Made by a program: the position numbers and the translations under genes
Notes under the pieces: model-generated
Seen by the model: only the letters and a program-made list of their open reading frames with translations
Told to the model about the DNA's origin: nothing
Database searches by the model: none
Origin: Bacteroidota bacterium
GTDB lineage: Bacteria > Bacteroidota > Bacteroidia > NS11-12g > UBA9320
Length of the DNA: 64,000 nt
Assembly (NCBI GenBank): GCA_002746305.1
Contig: NVWV01000004.1
Location: 5,614 to 69,613, forward strand
Direction: 5' to 3'
Shown: one piece after another, positions 1 through 8,719 of the stretch
Position numbering within the stretch: the first letter of the stretch is position 1
How the letters are laid out: each line of letters begins with the position of its first letter

Positions 1-1
1 A

Positions 2-1057
2 ATTGTGTTTCCTACTCAACTTATATAGTTTTCCAAAGTTCCCAGCCTTATTTCCTACATATCGATTCGAGTGTTTCCCAAGTTTATGAACTCCAATTAG
101 ACTGTCTTCTATTAAACTAGCCCTCAAATTTACTCGGGGCCTATATGGTCCTAAATCCTGTATGCTTTCTGATTGAGTTAGAACGAATGTGTCAGATTTT
201 ACGGATAGCTTTACAAGTTTCCCTTCCCATTTCCGAAGTAAGGAGTCTGAGAACGCTAGTTTCTTTGCACAAATGGGTATTTTTCTGTTCTGACCCAGAA
301 TAGTTAAATGACTTAATGGAGTTTGGAATTCAGATACAATAACTCCTGCAACACGAGGTAATTCTAAAGGAGTATTCTTTAAGATGACGATGTCTGTAGA
401 CTTTAACTCAGCCTTTTCTTTTTTAAGATCTTCCACAAATCGGATATGTCCATAGGCCTCATATTTACTAATTGGTTGGTAGGTTAAATTAGCATATATG
501 TCTGTTGGAGTAAGAACAGGAAAGAGCTTTTCTAAATTTTCATGGTCTGCATTAAGTCTTGCATTATTCATTAAGAAGACCAGTTTATCTCCAAAATAGC
601 AGGTCTTTGCAATCATTTTATAGAGGAGTTCAATTTGGTCATTGTGCATCAGATCTACTGCGGAAAGCTCCATTGCATAGAGGTCCAAAGATTTGATGTA
701 GTTCACATTTGCCAATAGGTAGTCTCGTTTGTCTCTAGAAGCCGAATAGTTAATGGCGTTGAAATATTCCAGATCTACAGGATAACCTTTTAAGCTACTC
801 ACAAACTCATGATGAAATTTATATCGATGGTAGTTAATGTAATGCAGTTTTTTAGTATGGTAGTCAAAAACCACCTTAACTGCAGTAATTTCACCATACT
901 TATCAGTGAGAGGTGGCCCGCTGAAATGATCGAAGTCTTGTTTGGATGTTAACGTATTTTTGGACTCTTGAGCCGTGCATTGAGCAAATAGGAAAAGCAG
1001 CACAAGTGGTAATAGATGTACTAAGTTTCGATCATTGGAATTAAATAGAAGTCTCAA
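2..1057 (-). CDS. Exported PEP/pyruvate-binding (PPDK_N-type) dikinase-like protein, N-terminal part, truncated by the window edge
   Basis: Manual translation from TTG at 1057 is open to base 2: MRLLFNSNDRNLVHLLPLVLLFLFAQCTAQES... It contains the phospho-His-like motif VAGVIVSEFQTPLSHLTILGQNR and then VGNKAGNFGKL, the start of the ATP-grasp PPDK_N domain. Not in the ORF track because no stop lies in the window. Confidence 0.75.
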   Translation of the reverse strand, partial: MRLLFNSNDRNLVHLLPLVLLFLFAQCTAQESKNTLTSKQDFDHFSGPPLTDKYGEITAVKVVFDYHTKKLHYINYHRYKFHHEFVSSLKGYPVDLEYFNAINYSASRDKRDYLLANVNYIKSLDLYAMELSAVDLMHNDQIELLYKMIAKTCYFGDKLVFLMNNARLNADHENLEKLFPVLTPTDIYANLTYQPISKYEAYGHIRFVEDLKKEKAELKSTDIVILKNTPLELPRVAGVIVSEFQTPLSHLTILGQNRKIPICAKKLAFSDSLLRKWEGKLVKLSVKSDTFVLTQSESIQDLGPYRPRVNLRASLIEDSLIGVHKLGKHSNRYVGNKAGNFGKLYKLSRKHN

Positions 1058-1062
1058 CGGTT

Positions 1063-1126
1063 CAAAGATAACTATAATGAAGTGTCACTTATTGTCTCCA
1101 TTAAAGTGAAATTAGTTCTAATTTTG
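1063..1126. promoter_or_regulatory. Divergent Bacteroidota sigma-A -7 boxes
   Basis: TATCTTTG on the minus strand (1070-1063) and TAATTTTG on the plus strand (1119-1126) both match TAnnTTTG, 5 and 4 nt from TTG starts. Confidence 0.65.
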
Positions 1127-1130
1127 TTGC

Positions 1131-1769
1131 TTGAAAAAATCGGATGTATTCTTGGTGGGTTTAGCAGGAGGTAGTGCAAGTGGCAAAACTACATTCATCC
1201 GTAAATTAAGCGAAGAGTTTGGCTCAGATAAGGTTTGTGTAATCTCGCAAGATCATTACTATAAAGGTTTATCGGAACAATTGATTGATGAGAACGGGAT
1301 AGTTAATTTTGATCATCCCACAGGAATAGATTTCAACCGTATTCGCAAAGATTTAAGAAAATTATTGAAGGGACAGACGGTAAGGATAGTTGAATACACA
1401 TTTAATAATCCAGATATTTTCCCAAAAGAACTGGTTTATAATCCCGCTCCAATCGTATTGTTAGAGGGTTTGTTCGTGTTTGCAGATAAGTCACTTAACA
1501 ATATGTACGACTATAGACTATATATTGATGCAGATGATGATGTCACTTTAAAACGTAGAATTGCTAGAGATACGGGTGAGAGAGGAATGACTGAAAAGGA
1601 GGTTATGTACCAATGGGATAATCACGTAAAACCTGCCTATAAGGCTTTCCTAAAGCCATATAAGTCCAATGCGGATTATGTAATTAAAAACAACACTGAC
1701 TTTCAAGAATGTCTAATAAAGGTTATCACAAAGTTTAATGAAGTGATAGCTTCTAGTAATATCAAATAA
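1131..1769 (+). CDS. udk: Uridine kinase
   Basis: P-loop GLAGGSASGKTT, SQDHYY, NFDHP, EGLF, RRIARD..ERG motifs. Confidence 0.9.
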   Translation: MKKSDVFLVGLAGGSASGKTTFIRKLSEEFGSDKVCVISQDHYYKGLSEQLIDENGIVNFDHPTGIDFNRIRKDLRKLLKGQTVRIVEYTFNNPDIFPKELVYNPAPIVLLEGLFVFADKSLNNMYDYRLYIDADDDVTLKRRIARDTGERGMTEKEVMYQWDNHVKPAYKAFLKPYKSNADYVIKNNTDFQECLIKVITKFNEVIASSNIK

Positions 1770-1886
1770 AATCTTGTAAATAGGCCCTACAAATCCGAGT
1801 AAAGAATTATTGTTAAGTTGGCCTAATAAATTTACTTTTGCCACCTTTGAAATTTTCGCAAAACATCTAATTGATTTTAATAGATA

Positions 1887-4862
1887 ATGAACAATAAAGG
1901 ATTTATCCAAATAATAACCGTATTACTTCTTCTAGCAAGTATTTACCAACTGTCTTTCACTTTTGTAACTAACTCTGTTAAGAACAAAGCAGAGGCACAA
2001 GCAGTAAGCTTGTATGGGAATGACATCTCAACAAGTGCTGCTAGAGATTCTTTTCAGAAAGTATATCTTGATTCCATGTCTCGAGTTGAGGTTTATCCTG
2101 GACTTGGATTTACATATCAAGAGTGTAAAGAAAATGAGTTGAATCTTGGCCTTGACCTTCAAGGAGGAATGAATGTTACTTTGGAAGTTGAAACTCCAGT
2201 TGTAATAAAGGCAATGGCTGGTGAAACGGATAATAAAGCTTTCTTAGAAGCCTTTGAAAATGCAGAAGCAAAGTACTTGGGTCAAGAAAATTTTGTTGAT
2301 GCTCTTGAAAGAGAGTACAATGAGACAGCACCTGAAGGTAAGATCGCTGGTGTTTTTTATGGTAAGGGTTTAGAAATTGATTTGCCAAATGGGATACAAT
2401 CTTCCAATGATGAAATATTTGAATACTTAAAAAAGGAAAGTGAAAGTGCAATTAGCAGGGCTTTTGAAATTATAAGTACTCGTATTGATAAATTTGGTGT
2501 TGCACAACCAAACGTTCAGCGTTTGGATAATGGTCGAATCTTGATTGAACTGCCAGGTGTTGATGATCCAGATAGAGTTCGCCGCTTAATTGTAACCTCT
2601 GCTCAATTGGAGTTCTGGAGAATGTATGATAAGAACAAGGCCGCTGAGGTTCTTGATAATGCAAATAAAATAATACTTGGAGAGCAGATTGCAAGTGATT
2701 CTACTGTAGAGAGTTTAGATACTGTTCAGGCAGATAGTGCGATAAAAGAGAGTATTGAAGGTACTTTGGGCGATGATACTGATAGTCTTGCAAATGACTC
2801 TACCCCTGATATTAGTTTTGAGGAGTTTAAAGAAAAGAATCCTTTACTATCTATATTCAATTTCAACCTTACCCAAGACAGAAAAAACTGGGGAGGAGGA
2901 AGTGTAATTGGCTTTATTGATAAGTCTAATATTGATAAATTCAATGAGTATTTAAGTAGAAAAGATGTGAAGGCTATTATGCCTCAAAACTTAAGATTCA
3001 AGATTGGTTTTAAGCCAGTAGAAGGAAATGAAACAATCTATGAAATTCATGCTTTACAGTCAAATAGAGATGGAAAGCCATCTCTTGCTGGGAACGTAAT
3101 TACGGACGCAAGACCTACAAGAGAGCAAAATCTTGAGGTTGGCGTAAGTATGACCATGAATCAAGAAGGTACTGTAAAATGGAAAAGATTAACTGCAGAA
3201 GCAGCAAAGAATAAGGAAAGTGTAGCAATCGTATTGGATGACCGAGTGTACAGTTCTCCAACAGTTCAAAATGAAATTCCAAATGGAAGATCATCGATTA
3301 CAGGTAATTTTGATATGCAGGAAGCTACTGATTTATCCAATATTCTTAAAGCAGGTAAACTTCCAGCTCCTGTTAAGATAGTTGGGGAAAATACCGTTGG
3401 ACCTACTTTGGGTGATAAGGCAATTAAAGCAGGTACATTATCACTTGCCGTTGGTTTCCTTTTGGTAATTATATTTATGATTCTTTACTATGGTAAAGCT
3501 GGTTTATATGCTGATATAGCACTATTAGTAAACTTGGTATTTATCATTGGAGTCTTAGCAGGATTACACGCAGCACTAACCCTTCCGGGTATGGCAGGTT
3601 TAGTCCTGACTATAGGTATGGCAGTAGATGCGAACGTACTTATCTTTGAGAGAATCAGAGAAGAGTTGCAAGGAGGTAAATCCTTCAAGTCTGCTATTAA
3701 AGATGGTTATTCTGGAGCCTATTCATCCATTATAGATGCAAATATTACTACCGTTATTGCAGGGGTGATTCTATGGGTCCTAGGAAAAGGACCAGTGATG
3801 GGATTTGCAGTTATACTTGTTATTGGTATCCTTTCTTCACTATTTACTTCTATCTTCCTTACAAGATTATTTATAGATGGAGACATTAAAAAAGGAAAAG
3901 AGACTTCATTCTATACTAGTATATCTGAGAAGTTTGGCCGTAAACTGAATACTATTGATTGGGATTTTATTGGTAAAAGAAAGATGTTTTACATGATTTC
4001 TGGAGTGTTAATCTTGATAGGTATTGTTTCATTATCTACAAGAGGTCTCTCAACAGGTGTAGATTTTAAAGGAGGTTGGAGTTATGTTGTTAATATAGAA
4101 AATGCCAATTCAACAGATATTAAGGCAGCTCTTGGAGATGTAATTACAGATGCTAATAATGAGGTGAAGACTTATGGAGCCGTTAATAGATATAAAATTA
4201 CAACATCTTACTTAATTGAGAGTGAGGATAGTCTTGTAAATATTAAGGTCGAAGATGCATTAGTGAAATCATTGGTAAAGTATAATTTTAGCAAAGAAGA
4301 TATCTTATCCATCAATAAGGTTGGACCTACTATTGCAAGGGATACTACCGTTAGATCTATTTGGGCTATTGCTCTCGCTATTATTGGTATGTTCTTGTAC
4401 ATCTTAGTACGATTTAGAAATATAGGATTTAGTTTGGGTGCTACGGCTGCCATCTTCCATGATGTGTTAATTGTATTCTCAATTTACTCCATATTCTATG
4501 GTATTCTACCATTTGAACTGTCGATAGACCAGGCATTCATTGCCGCAATACTTACAGTGGTAGGTTACTCTATAAATGATACTGTGGTAGTGTTTGACCG
4601 TGTAAGAGAGTTTATTGGGTTGAATAAAAGAGAAACTGATTTGGCTCCTATAATTAATCGAGCTATCAATACAACATTAAGTAGAACATTGATTACTTCA
4701 TTGACGACCTTAATGGTAATCTTAATTCTATTTATATTCGGAGGTGAAGGCCTTAAAGGATTTACGTTTGCACTTCTTATTGGTGTTGCGGTAGGTACTT
4801 ATTCTTCTGTTTGTATTGCGACTCCTATAGTTGTAGACTTCCTAAAGAAGTTTGGTAAATAG
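1887..4862 (+). CDS. secDF: Fused protein translocase subunit SecDF
   Basis: LNLGLDLQGG, IELPG, GMAVDANVLIFERIREE, GVDFKGG, GYSINDTVVVFDRVRE motifs; 991 aa. Confidence 0.97.
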   Translation: MNNKGFIQIITVLLLLASIYQLSFTFVTNSVKNKAEAQAVSLYGNDISTSAARDSFQKVYLDSMSRVEVYPGLGFTYQECKENELNLGLDLQGGMNVTLEVETPVVIKAMAGETDNKAFLEAFENAEAKYLGQENFVDALEREYNETAPEGKIAGVFYGKGLEIDLPNGIQSSNDEIFEYLKKESESAISRAFEIISTRIDKFGVAQPNVQRLDNGRILIELPGVDDPDRVRRLIVTSAQLEFWRMYDKNKAAEVLDNANKIILGEQIASDSTVESLDTVQADSAIKESIEGTLGDDTDSLANDSTPDISFEEFKEKNPLLSIFNFNLTQDRKNWGGGSVIGFIDKSNIDKFNEYLSRKDVKAIMPQNLRFKIGFKPVEGNETIYEIHALQSNRDGKPSLAGNVITDARPTREQNLEVGVSMTMNQEGTVKWKRLTAEAAKNKESVAIVLDDRVYSSPTVQNEIPNGRSSITGNFDMQEATDLSNILKAGKLPAPVKIVGENTVGPTLGDKAIKAGTLSLAVGFLLVIIFMILYYGKAGLYADIALLVNLVFIIGVLAGLHAALTLPGMAGLVLTIGMAVDANVLIFERIREELQGGKSFKSAIKDGYSGAYSSIIDANITTVIAGVILWVLGKGPVMGFAVILVIGILSSLFTSIFLTRLFIDGDIKKGKETSFYTSISEKFGRKLNTIDWDFIGKRKMFYMISGVLILIGIVSLSTRGLSTGVDFKGGWSYVVNIENANSTDIKAALGDVITDANNEVKTYGAVNRYKITTSYLIESEDSLVNIKVEDALVKSLVKYNFSKEDILSINKVGPTIARDTTVRSIWAIALAIIGMFLYILVRFRNIGFSLGATAAIFHDVLIVFSIYSIFYGILPFELSIDQAFIAAILTVVGYSINDTVVVFDRVREFIGLNKRETDLAPIINRAINTTLSRTLITSLTTLMVILILFIFGGEGLKGFTFALLIGVAVGTYSSVCIATPIVVDFLKKFGK

Positions 4863-4886
4863 GTAAGAACTTAAAAGTTTAATATA

Positions 4887-4918
4887 AAAGACCTCAACTG
4901 ATTTCAGTTGGGGTCTTT
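4887..4918 (+). terminator. Intrinsic terminator after secDF
   Basis: AAAGACCTCAACTGA-tt-TCAGTTGGGGTCTTT hairpin. Confidence 0.75.
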
Positions 4919-5001
4919 GTTGTTATAGATCTCTGTTACTTCTAAATAGTTGATAGGTTAAACCCGGTAACCTTTGAAGTATAACACTTGAAATTTTGGG
5001 C

Positions 5002-5035
5002 AAAAAAATGCCCTTACGTTAATGTAAAGGCGTTT
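5002..5035 (-). terminator. Intrinsic terminator after the PGI/PMI gene
   Basis: Imperfect hairpin ATGCCCTTAC..GTAAAGGCGT with an A7 tract (U-tract on the minus strand). Confidence 0.6.
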
Positions 5036-5056
5036 CAATAGTCTTTGACTTTAGAT

Positions 5057-6058
5057 TTATTCTTCTTCGTCTATAATCTCAAGATTCCCTAAGAATTCTT
5101 TCAGATTCGTAATAATGGGGACATCCATTAAGTCTGATCCTAATTCATTTGCCAGATGAACCGATAACCAGTCCAAACGGTATATCACATCAAAAATAGA
5201 TTGAAGTGTATATTCTGGTATTTGAAGAGGAAGTACTTTGTTGTTTTCTAACTCTAAATGAGATATTAAGAAATCAAATCGTGCTTCAACACGGGGGTTT
5301 TTTGTTGAATACAACATAATGAAATTTGTATTCATTTTGTCGATGTAGCTCTCTATAACATTGTGATTTGCCTCGGGAAGTATATTAACAAAACCTTCTA
5401 GTTTGGAGTTCTCATTCAACTGTTGCGTGAAGCGAGTAGCTATAGGAGCAAACTCCCTATCACTTACAATTACAAATTTATTTCTGGCTGTGTTTTTGAA
5501 AAAATCAAATATACGAGAACCGCTTTCTTGCAGTCTGCCTAGTTGACTATCAAAGTGATTTTTAATACTTTCAAGTACTGGTCTTTGATCATCTTCCATC
5601 AATTCGCCCAAGATCATTGTAATGAAACTTAGACCAAAACCTACTGTCATACGAGGTTGGTAGCCATTTTTTAAATCATAGGTCTTGAGGTTGTTAGCTG
5701 TGGCTAATTCCTTAAGTTTTCCTCCTCCTGTGATTATTATTATCTTACATCCTTCGGCATTAGCCTCCTCAAAAAGACTTAAGGTTTCTTCAGTATTTCC
5801 TGAATAAGAATTGAGAACAACAAGTGTTTTTCTGCTTACATATTTGGGTAAGTGATAGTCAGCAACGGTCTCAATAGGGATTGGACATTTATCAAATAAC
5901 CAGTTTTTAGCTAGCACAGCTCCAATACCACTTCCGCCTAGTCCTCCTAAAATAATGTTATCAAAATCATCGACCCCTAGTCCATGGGATGAATAATTTT
6001 CTAGAACATATTGAAATTGTTCTGTGAAGTTATCTAATGATGTTTCGTGCGTTAACAT
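5057..6058 (-). CDS. Bifunctional phosphoglucose/phosphomannose isomerase (SIS domain, archaeal-type PGI/PMI)
   Basis: GLGGSGIG, SYSGNTEETL, TGGGKL, QPR, QLNENSK, PEANHN motifs. Confidence 0.85.
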   Translation of the reverse strand: MLTHETSLDNFTEQFQYVLENYSSHGLGVDDFDNIILGGLGGSGIGAVLAKNWLFDKCPIPIETVADYHLPKYVSRKTLVVLNSYSGNTEETLSLFEEANAEGCKIIIITGGGKLKELATANNLKTYDLKNGYQPRMTVGFGLSFITMILGELMEDDQRPVLESIKNHFDSQLGRLQESGSRIFDFFKNTARNKFVIVSDREFAPIATRFTQQLNENSKLEGFVNILPEANHNVIESYIDKMNTNFIMLYSTKNPRVEARFDFLISHLELENNKVLPLQIPEYTLQSIFDVIYRLDWLSVHLANELGSDLMDVPIITNLKEFLGNLEIIDEEE

Positions 6059-6143
6059 GTGTTTTTCCTAATACCTTTGTAGCGAACAAAGATATATTTA
6101 AATAGACGTACAGTAAGTACTCCATAATAACAAAATTCAATAA

Positions 6144-7181
6144 ATGTCTGACATAGCAGAAAATAGCGAAAACATGCAAGAGAATGAGCTCTTTCTCATA
6201 TATACTTTCACAGTAGATGATGGACAGGAACCCCTGCGTGTAGATAGGTACTTAGTGAATAAGATCGAACGTGCAACTCGAAATAAGTTGCAGGAGGCCA
6301 TTGAGCGAAAGCAGGTGAAAGTGAATGGTAAAGCTGTTAAGTCCAATTATAAGGTTAAACCAAAGGACTTTATTGAAGTCTCTGTCGATAAAGAACCTAA
6401 TGAACTTGAGGTAATTCCAGAGGATATTCCACTCGAAATCATATATGAGGATAGTAGCCTAATGATTGTAAATAAGAAAGCTGGAATGGTTGTACATCCA
6501 GGTTTTGGAAATCATTCAGGAACTTTATTGAATGCCTTAGCCTTCTTATTAGATGACAAAGCTGTACATCAAGGGAAAAGACCTTGGTTGGTACATAGGA
6601 TTGATAAAAATACCAGCGGTTTATTGGTTGTAGCTAAAACGGATGAAGCAATGGCTCACTTGTCAGAACAGTTCAAAGATCACAGTATTGAGCGAACGTA
6701 TCAGGCTTTAGTTTGGGGAAGTATGGCTGAGAAGGAAGGTACGATACAAAGTATGATTGGTAGAGACCAATACGATAGGAAGAGGTTTGTTGTACTACCT
6801 GATGATACCGAAAGAGGAAAACATGCCGTTACCCACTATCGTGTTCTGGAAGATTTTTTATACACTTCTTTGGTTGAATGCAAATTGGAGACGGGAAGAA
6901 CACATCAAATTAGGGTACACCTAAAACATCTGGGGAACCCACTTTTTAGTGATGATTTTTATGGAGGTAATAGAATATTAAAAGGTGTGGTCTTTAGTAA
7001 ATATAAGCAGTTTGTAGATAATTGTTTTAGCATAATGCCCCGTCAAGGATTACATGCTAAATCTTTAGGCTTTGTGCACCCTGCTACAGGAGATTGGATG
7101 CAATTTGATTCTGAATTGCCTCATGATATGGCTACCGTTGTCGAAAAATGGCGTTCTGCTTCGAATACCTACGGGTTTTAG
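6144..7181 (+). CDS. rluD: RluA-family (RluD-like) 23S rRNA pseudouridine synthase with S4 domain
   Basis: N-terminal S4 (RVDRYL), NKKAGMVVHPG, catalytic HRIDKNTSGLL, LETGRTHQIRVH, LHAKSLGFVHP. Confidence 0.9.
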   Translation: MSDIAENSENMQENELFLIYTFTVDDGQEPLRVDRYLVNKIERATRNKLQEAIERKQVKVNGKAVKSNYKVKPKDFIEVSVDKEPNELEVIPEDIPLEIIYEDSSLMIVNKKAGMVVHPGFGNHSGTLLNALAFLLDDKAVHQGKRPWLVHRIDKNTSGLLVVAKTDEAMAHLSEQFKDHSIERTYQALVWGSMAEKEGTIQSMIGRDQYDRKRFVVLPDDTERGKHAVTHYRVLEDFLYTSLVECKLETGRTHQIRVHLKHLGNPLFSDDFYGGNRILKGVVFSKYKQFVDNCFSIMPRQGLHAKSLGFVHPATGDWMQFDSELPHDMATVVEKWRSASNTYGF

Positions 7182-7182
7182 T

Positions 7183-8175
7183 CTAATTGCCAAAGAAGCT
7201 CCGCTTGGTAATTAATTTACCAAATGTGTATTCTTGAATGGTAACCAGTCTATCAAATCCAGTGTACGTTGCAAAATACCTTTCTGTATCTTCAACAAGG
7301 ATATTTCCTCTTCTATCCACTAAGGTATTTCCCAAATTACTTCCATTTTTTCTGTGAATATTAAGTTTCTGTGTCTTGCCATTTGTAGAGTTTACTTGTA
7401 TAATCATAAATGGAATGGCTTGCTTTATCGAGTCTTTAGACTCTTGTGTTAAATAGTTGGCAAAGCCCTCAAAGTTTTTGTTCTTGAATAATGCAAAGAA
7501 ACTTCTTGCTGCAGCAATTGAAAGATTGTTCACTGAAGGTTGAATGGAATAAGAAGAGTCCTTTCTGTTTAGTATAAATGACTCATTAGGCAGTTCATTA
7601 TTAATAACCTGTATAGAGGCTATTTCTTCTGGTTTAAAGTCAAATATAGTTTGATCAAACCAGTCATTTATATCGCAGCTAAATTTTGGGTCAAGTATGC
7701 CACTAAATCCTAGTATGTGAGCTATGTACGGAGTCTTTGAGCCTTTTATATGAAAGTATGTTCCAGATTGGTCATTGGTTGGAAATCCTACATAGTAGTT
7801 TCTAATTTCCTTCCCATTTGCACTTATGATGACATGTTTGGAGTGCCCAATCATCGTTCGTATTACATTTTCCCTAGCAGGTTTTGGAGCAGGTCCTTTT
7901 ATCCGGATTTTACTAAGCGTTTCGTCCAGAAACATTTGCACTTTGATAGGGAAGGCTTTATATTCTTTATTTAGGAGCCATTCGTTGCCAGATTTTTCTA
8001 GTAAAACAGAATTGCCATTTCGGTCTTTAATGCTAATCCTATCTATTTCATCTGGATTTTCAATTGCAAAATTTGTGGTGTCTCTGAGGTTAGCCTCACC
8101 ATCACCTACGTTTAGCAAAACAAATATTCCGATAATGGCTGTTGCTAAAACAAATATCCAAAGGTACTTCTTCAT
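7183..8175 (-). CDS. DUF4340-like membrane-anchored periplasmic protein
   Basis: N-terminal TM, W...Y..YVG..T..GTY pattern resembling gliding/ABC-associated DUF4340 proteins. Confidence 0.5.
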   Translation of the reverse strand: MKKYLWIFVLATAIIGIFVLLNVGDGEANLRDTTNFAIENPDEIDRISIKDRNGNSVLLEKSGNEWLLNKEYKAFPIKVQMFLDETLSKIRIKGPAPKPARENVIRTMIGHSKHVIISANGKEIRNYYVGFPTNDQSGTYFHIKGSKTPYIAHILGFSGILDPKFSCDINDWFDQTIFDFKPEEIASIQVINNELPNESFILNRKDSSYSIQPSVNNLSIAAARSFFALFKNKNFEGFANYLTQESKDSIKQAIPFMIIQVNSTNGKTQKLNIHRKNGSNLGNTLVDRRGNILVEDTERYFATYTGFDRLVTIQEYTFGKLITKRSFFGN

Positions 8176-8250
8176 TTATAGTTCAAATTAACTGACTCTA
8201 AGGGGATTTGTAACAAGCTTTTTTATCAAAGTGATAAATTATTTCAAGAG

Positions 8251-8265
8251 TGGCATCCCATTTGA
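8251..8265 (+). promoter_or_regulatory. Candidate sigma-54 (-24/-12) promoter
   Basis: TGGCATCCCATTTGA matches TGGCAC-N5-TTGC spacing, about 100 nt upstream of the lipoprotein gene. Confidence 0.4.
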
Positions 8266-8362
8266 AATAATTATATGGAGTGATACTAATATCTCTATAT
8301 ATTCTAATGAAGTGGTTAAGACCCAGAGATGTTAAATTTAAAACTGTATAAAAAAAAGAGCA

Positions 8363-8719
8363 ATGATGAAGAAGAAATGGATCGCACTAATAGGAATGGC
8401 ACTAATTTTTATGACTAGCTGTGTTAAAGAAACTATTTACGTAGAAGACACATTAATAACAGATGCAGATGTTTTTTATGAATATACAGCTGATAATTTT
8501 GGAACCATTATAGAAGGAGATATCTTCAATGACGGTGAAACTTACATTAACGCAGTACAACTTGAAGTTAGATTGTATGACAGACGAGGTATTCTTATAG
8601 ATAATGAATACCTATGGGTAGATACTTACTTTAATCCAGGAGGTCAGGTGAGTTTTTATTTTGACTTGCCCTATTCCAATGTCTACGATGTAGACATTCG
8701 GATTAATAGATATGACTAA
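8363..8719 (+). CDS. Small lipoprotein, FxLYD-domain-like
   Basis: Lipobox FMTSC; G.I.N.G...V.LEVRLYD..G...PG..F pattern. Confidence 0.6.
   Translation: MMKKKWIALIGMALIFMTSCVKETIYVEDTLITDADVFYEYTADNFGTIIEGDIFNDGETYINAVQLEVRLYDRRGILIDNEYLWVDTYFNPGGQVSFYFDLPYSNVYDVDIRINRYD

Noticed and set aside
1887-6058. Fused SecDF and archaeal-type PGI/PMI as oddities
   Set aside because: Both are established features of many Bacteroidota genomes.
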